Of a DNA stretch of 10,058 nt, positions 6,595-10,058 are shown piece after piece. The translations under genes were made by a program, and so were the position numbers. Source of the DNA: Promethearchaeota archaeon (lineage in GTDB: Archaea > Asgardarchaeota > Lokiarchaeia > Sigyniarchaeales > SOKP01). The stretch lies in contig JBHLPW010000106.1 in the NCBI GenBank assembly GCA_048939015.1, forward strand, positions 1 to 10,058, in the 5' to 3' direction. Numbering within the stretch: position 1 is the first letter of the stretch; every line of letters starts with the position of its first letter. Below the pieces are notes generated by a model. That model was not told where the DNA came from. It did no database searches and worked only from the letters and a program-made list of their open reading frames with translations.

Positions 6595-8247
6595 TTATTG
6601 TTTTAAAAATTCACTATACTTTTGACTAAAATATTTAATTATAAGGAATCTTGCTTGGTCGAAGCGTTGAATATTACCTTGGAAATTTTTTAGCTCCTTT
6701 GTAAATTTTTGTTCAAACTCTCTCGAAAATTCGTCAATTTTTTTAAATAAAACCGGTAAATCCATTGAAGCAATTAATGTTACAATGTGATATTTTCCAT
6801 AGGTAAATATTAGAGTAGCTTCATCCTTTTGAATTTGTCTTAGTTGTCTTTTAGTGTGAGTAATTTCACTTATTATTGTAATTACTCCTGATAGTGCTCC
6901 TGAGATAAGATCTTCATCAAAATCTGCATCTTCTTCATTTTTTTTTACTAAATCCTTACCTTCGAAACTATAATTAAAAAGACAAACTCCACTTTTATTG
7001 AAAACAAATATATTTTTTAATGAATTTGCCCATTTTTTTTCTTTTGAAACTAAAAATTCTTTCATTGCCATCATCCAAGCAAAAAGCATTACTAAAATGA
7101 ACGCATTTAAATAATCTGGGAAATCTGGTATAAAATTATTTAGCACAGGAAATTTTAAATACAAATCAGTTATAAAAAGGTTGAAAATGTATCCAAAAAT
7201 TGCTCCAAATAACATTAGTGATATAAAAAGTCCATTGATTCGGCCTCTATATTTTAAATTTCCTCTTTCGGTTGAAAAATCTCCTGATATTGTAAAGATG
7301 GCAAGTAGAAGAGGTAAAATAGAAAAACCATAATGAATTGAGAGTAGAATTGTTTTTGGCATACCAAATATAAAGAGTTTATTTTTAAATGCTCCAGATG
7401 AAATAAGAAAAAAGGAGAGAACTACTATACCAAGTACTATTGATGTTTTTCGTCCAATATTATCTAAAAAGCATCCCGCAGCGATAAGATATATAAACGA
7501 TGCCAATGCGAATACAAAAAAATTCACGTCAAAACCGTATCCTGCCAATAGATTCCCTAAAATAAAACTTAATACGGTAAAACTAGAAGAGTACCTAAAA
7601 AAGTGTTTTTCGAAAATGATTTTCAAATATTTCTTATCAGATTCCAAACGTTCACGTGTTTCTATATATTTATAGTTTCGGGAATACCAAAAAACAATAA
7701 AAAATAGACCTAATTCAAGAATCCCAAAAAGTACATACAAAAAGTTAAAAATAATAAAAATTACTGATAAAAATCCTAAAGAAAAACCACCAATCATTAA
7801 AAAAGTCGTTATTCTACCTCGATTCAAAATATTTGTTTCGTGAACTAGAATAGTAAACCATATGATAATTAATTGAGGAATGGTTAAGAGTATAAGTAAT
7901 AATCCAAGATAATAAATAGTTAAATCCGGAATTACAGTTATGAACACTCCAATAACACATATTAAAAGTACAATGTTAAAGTATTTTGTTCTATTTTTTA
8001 TCTTATCAACAATTACACCAGAAATGATAAAACTTACAGCAAGTATTGATAAAAAGATATAAATTTCTGTGCCTACAATTTCACCAAAAATTAGACCAGA
8101 TTCAACAGTATAACGATAAAGAAAGGCACCTGCTACGAACATAATAGCAACTAAAGTAAAAAATAGATATGCTAATGTGGGACGTGGTAAATTGATATCC
8201 CTTGTGAATACTTTTATAAACCAATTTTTTATAGTATGTCTTTTCAT
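6595..8247 (-). CDS. Multi-pass membrane protein with MFS-like fold (about 12 TM) fused to a C-terminal longin-like domain
   Basis: About 12 hydrophobic segments in aa 25-396, in two halves separated by a polar linker (189-218). MFS motif-A-like G77-VIV-D81-KIKNR and G258-CFL-D262-NI-GRK; paired RGR motifs at 143-145 and 334-336. The soluble tail (aa about 410-545) has the longin-type order: two beta strands (IFVFNKSGVCLFNY), a helix (DEDLISGALSGVITIISEI), three strands, then helices (VLFKKIDEFSREFEQKF; NFQGNIQRF). Confidence 0.75.
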   Translation of the reverse strand: MKRHTIKNWFIKVFTRDINLPRPTLAYLFFTLVAIMFVAGAFLYRYTVESGLIFGEIVGTEIYIFLSILAVSFIISGVIVDKIKNRTKYFNIVLLICVIGVFITVIPDLTIYYLGLLLILLTIPQLIIIWFTILVHETNILNRGRITTFLMIGGFSLGFLSVIFIIFNFLYVLFGILELGLFFIVFWYSRNYKYIETRERLESDKKYLKIIFEKHFFRYSSSFTVLSFILGNLLAGYGFDVNFFVFALASFIYLIAAGCFLDNIGRKTSIVLGIVVLSFFLISSGAFKNKLFIFGMPKTILLSIHYGFSILPLLLAIFTISGDFSTERGNLKYRGRINGLFISLMLFGAIFGYIFNLFITDLYLKFPVLNNFIPDFPDYLNAFILVMLFAWMMAMKEFLVSKEKKWANSLKNIFVFNKSGVCLFNYSFEGKDLVKKNEEDADFDEDLISGALSGVITIISEITHTKRQLRQIQKDEATLIFTYGKYHIVTLIASMDLPVLFKKIDEFSREFEQKFTKELKNFQGNIQRFDQARFLIIKYFSQKYSEFLKQ

Positions 8248-8328
8248 TTAGACAAATCTGCATTGATTTCAGTATTATTTGTTATGCTTGCTTTTTATTT
8301 AATATTTATGTCAATAACCTCTAATAAG

Positions 8329-8365
8329 TTTTATTTGATATACAAATCTACTTTTATTTGATATA
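8329..8365. repeat. Perfect 14-bp direct repeat TTTTATTTGATATA x2 in the divergent intergenic region
   Basis: Copies at 8329-8342 and 8352-8365 (23-bp period), with weaker copies at 8293-8306 (12/14) and 8273-8286 (11/14). Confidence 0.6.
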
Positions 8366-8367
8366 AT

Positions 8368-8847
8368 ATGAAGAAAATAAAGCGAGTTCTCTTTATTTGT
8401 ATGGGAAATACTGCAAGATCTCCAGCAGCAGAATATCTAGCTCGAAATTATTCAGAAAAACTTCATGCCGAATTAACTTTCGATTCATGCGGTTTTTTTA
8501 ATGCCTTTTCCTTTATCCAACCAGAATCCAGTAGATACTTAGATTCCAAGGGAATTAAATATTATGATTTTACACCCAAAATCGTTAATCGGAAGTTATT
8601 AGAAAAACAAGATTTAATCCTTACCATGGAAAGAAATCATTCTAGAGAAATTATACGTAACTTCAGTGATATCCCAAATATTGAAGAAAAAACATTCACT
8701 TTAAAGGAATTCAATGGTGAGAAAAATAATGCAGATATAATTGATCCTTATTATACTACCAATGACATATATAGACAAGTTCTTAAAATTATTGATGAGA
8801 ATGTTGAAAAGGCAATAAAAAAAATAATCCAAAATAATAAACATTAA
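8368..8847 (+). CDS. Low-molecular-weight protein phosphatase family protein, paralog 2
   Basis: P-loop C11-MGNTA-R17-S, FDSCG, DLILTME and general-acid IIDPYY (D126). Shares blocks with paralog 1: YLxSKGI, LLExQDLIL and GEKxN. Confidence 0.9.
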   Translation: MKKIKRVLFICMGNTARSPAAEYLARNYSEKLHAELTFDSCGFFNAFSFIQPESSRYLDSKGIKYYDFTPKIVNRKLLEKQDLILTMERNHSREIIRNFSDIPNIEEKTFTLKEFNGEKNNADIIDPYYTTNDIYRQVLKIIDENVEKAIKKIIQNNKH

Positions 8848-8939
8848 GATCCAAAGCTTAAATAAAATGTACTATCGTCGACTAAACTTCTTTTAAATAA
8901 GACTAAAATATAAATACTTGTCATTTAGTTATATGTTTA

Positions 8940-9485
8940 ATGGATCAAGTAGTGATAAATAATTCTGTACTTGAAATTTTTTTAGGAGATCTAACCAATC
9001 TGGAACAATATGAAGCGATCGTTATACCTACTAATAGTCGGCTTTTACCCAGTGGCGAACTAAGATGTAAAGTCCTAAGAAAGGCAGGATCACAGGTACA
9101 AATAGAATGTAATAAGATAATTAATAAAATTTCAAAAGTGGCAGTAGGATCTTCTGTCATTACTTCAGGAGGCAAAATTTCAAAATATCTAATACATACA
9201 AATGGTCCTAGACCTGGACAAGGAAATGAAATTAAGAAGTTAATATTAGCTACATGGAATTCATTAAGTTTAGCAGATAAAAAAGGAGTTATAGCTGTTG
9301 CTTTCCCACCAATTTCTCTAGAAATGAGAGGAATAACTTCAAAATTATGTGCTGAAGCAATGATTCCCGCTATGAAAAAATACCTTTTAGAAAAGAATGA
9401 AAACTTAAAAAATATTTCAATATGCTTAGAAAAAAATAGTGATTTCGAGGAATTTGAAAAAGTCCTCAATAACATCACAAGTTAA
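8940..9485 (+). CDS. Standalone macrodomain protein with non-canonical ADP-ribose-binding loops
   Basis: Macro fold motifs appear in order: IFLGDLT, EAIVIPTN, RKAG, G-x2-VITSGG, KYLIHTNGP, NSLSLA, AVAFPPIS. The canonical NAAN, GGGV and TGIYG motifs are replaced by IPTN, PSGEL and LEMRG. Confidence 0.85.
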   Translation: MDQVVINNSVLEIFLGDLTNLEQYEAIVIPTNSRLLPSGELRCKVLRKAGSQVQIECNKIINKISKVAVGSSVITSGGKISKYLIHTNGPRPGQGNEIKKLILATWNSLSLADKKGVIAVAFPPISLEMRGITSKLCAEAMIPAMKKYLLEKNENLKNISICLEKNSDFEEFEKVLNNITS

Positions 9486-9494
9486 ATTAAAATT

Positions 9495-10052
9495 TTAGTG
9501 TTCATTAAATTCTTTCCCTATTTGATAAGCTTTAGAAAGTTTTTCACCCACAGCTCGATAATAATTATCATTAAACCATGAGAATGGTTGTACCTTTTCT
9601 AAATCTGGAATACTTTCTTTCCAACAATCCTCGTTCACGTAAGTTTCGATAACCTCCCCAATGAACAAATAATGAGTATCTCCAAAATCAATGGTTTTTA
9701 CTAATTTACATGCATGGGTTATAGGGGCTTCTTTTATCAATGGTGCTGTTTTTAAATTTTCACCGTAAAAGACCTCAAAGATGTTAGACTTGTCAACTTT
9801 CTTTCCTGATTTAATACCACAGTAATCTGTCTTCACAATCATTTCTTTTGAAGGAATTGTGACACTAAAAGCTTCATTTTCAATGATTCCTATATTTGTA
9901 TAATGAGCTTTTCCGCTACTAATTACAAATCTTTTATAAGCAGTAGTGCAGAGATCTGCTACAGTAAAGAAATTTGGATTAGCATTTACTGTTGCTCCTA
10001 TCAAAGCAACAGGTTTTGGCATTAAATATGGAAAATTTCTTACTTTTTTCAT
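9495..10052 (-). CDS. Flavin reductase-like FMN-binding protein (flavoredoxin / DIM6-NTAB family)
   Basis: PKPVALIGA, PNFFTVA, HYTNIGIIENEAFSVTIPS, TDYCGIKSGKKVDKS, APLIKEAP and GDTHYLFIGEV match the flavoredoxin-type split-barrel family. 185 aa, complete within the window. Confidence 0.88.
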   Translation of the reverse strand: MKKVRNFPYLMPKPVALIGATVNANPNFFTVADLCTTAYKRFVISSGKAHYTNIGIIENEAFSVTIPSKEMIVKTDYCGIKSGKKVDKSNIFEVFYGENLKTAPLIKEAPITHACKLVKTIDFGDTHYLFIGEVIETYVNEDCWKESIPDLEKVQPFSWFNDNYYRAVGEKLSKAYQIGKEFNEH

Positions 10053-10058
10053 GATGAT

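Noticed and set aside
6048-8847. Arsenate reductase (arsC) plus efflux pump interpretation of the phosphatases and membrane protein
   Set aside because: The P-loops have Thr rather than Ser and the distal redox Cys pair is missing. The membrane protein does not resemble ArsB/Acr3, and no ArsR is nearby.
8945-9478. 177-aa antisense ORF spanning almost the whole macrodomain gene
   Set aside because: In this frame a stop needs a sense Tyr, His or Gln codon preceded by a particular base, and those residues are scarce in the macrodomain protein. The translation is Phe/Ser/Ile-rich with no motifs, so it is a shadow ORF.

Overview
This AT-rich window is densely coding, with nine protein genes. I found no RNA gene, CRISPR array or mobile element. 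The gene content suggests an Asgard archaeon, probably Lokiarchaeia-like; this is inferred from a membrane protein with a C-terminal longin-like domain, a long TPR array with a 40-aa period and the low GC. Order: (-) YdjM-type membrane metal-dependent hydrolase, (-) C-terminally anchored S8 subtilase, (-) L-aspartate oxidase nadB, (-) SIR2-like NADase fused to about 10 TPRs, (+) LMW phosphatase 1, (-) MFS-fold membrane protein fused to a longin-like domain, (+) LMW phosphatase 2, (+) atypical macrodomain, (-) flavoredoxin-like flavin reductase. Best leads: (1) the MFS-longin fusion, a candidate transceptor, flanked by two paralogous phosphatases with the YwlE-type (phospho-arginine) P-loop Thr; (2) a SIR2-TPR sensor/NADase with no NTPase domain, next to nadB; (3) a standalone macrodomain whose motif changes resemble macroH2A rather than MacroD/YmdB; (4) the clustering of NAD-making, NAD-cleaving, ADP-ribose-fold and phospho-eraser genes. 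All family calls come from reading motifs by eye; no database searches were run.
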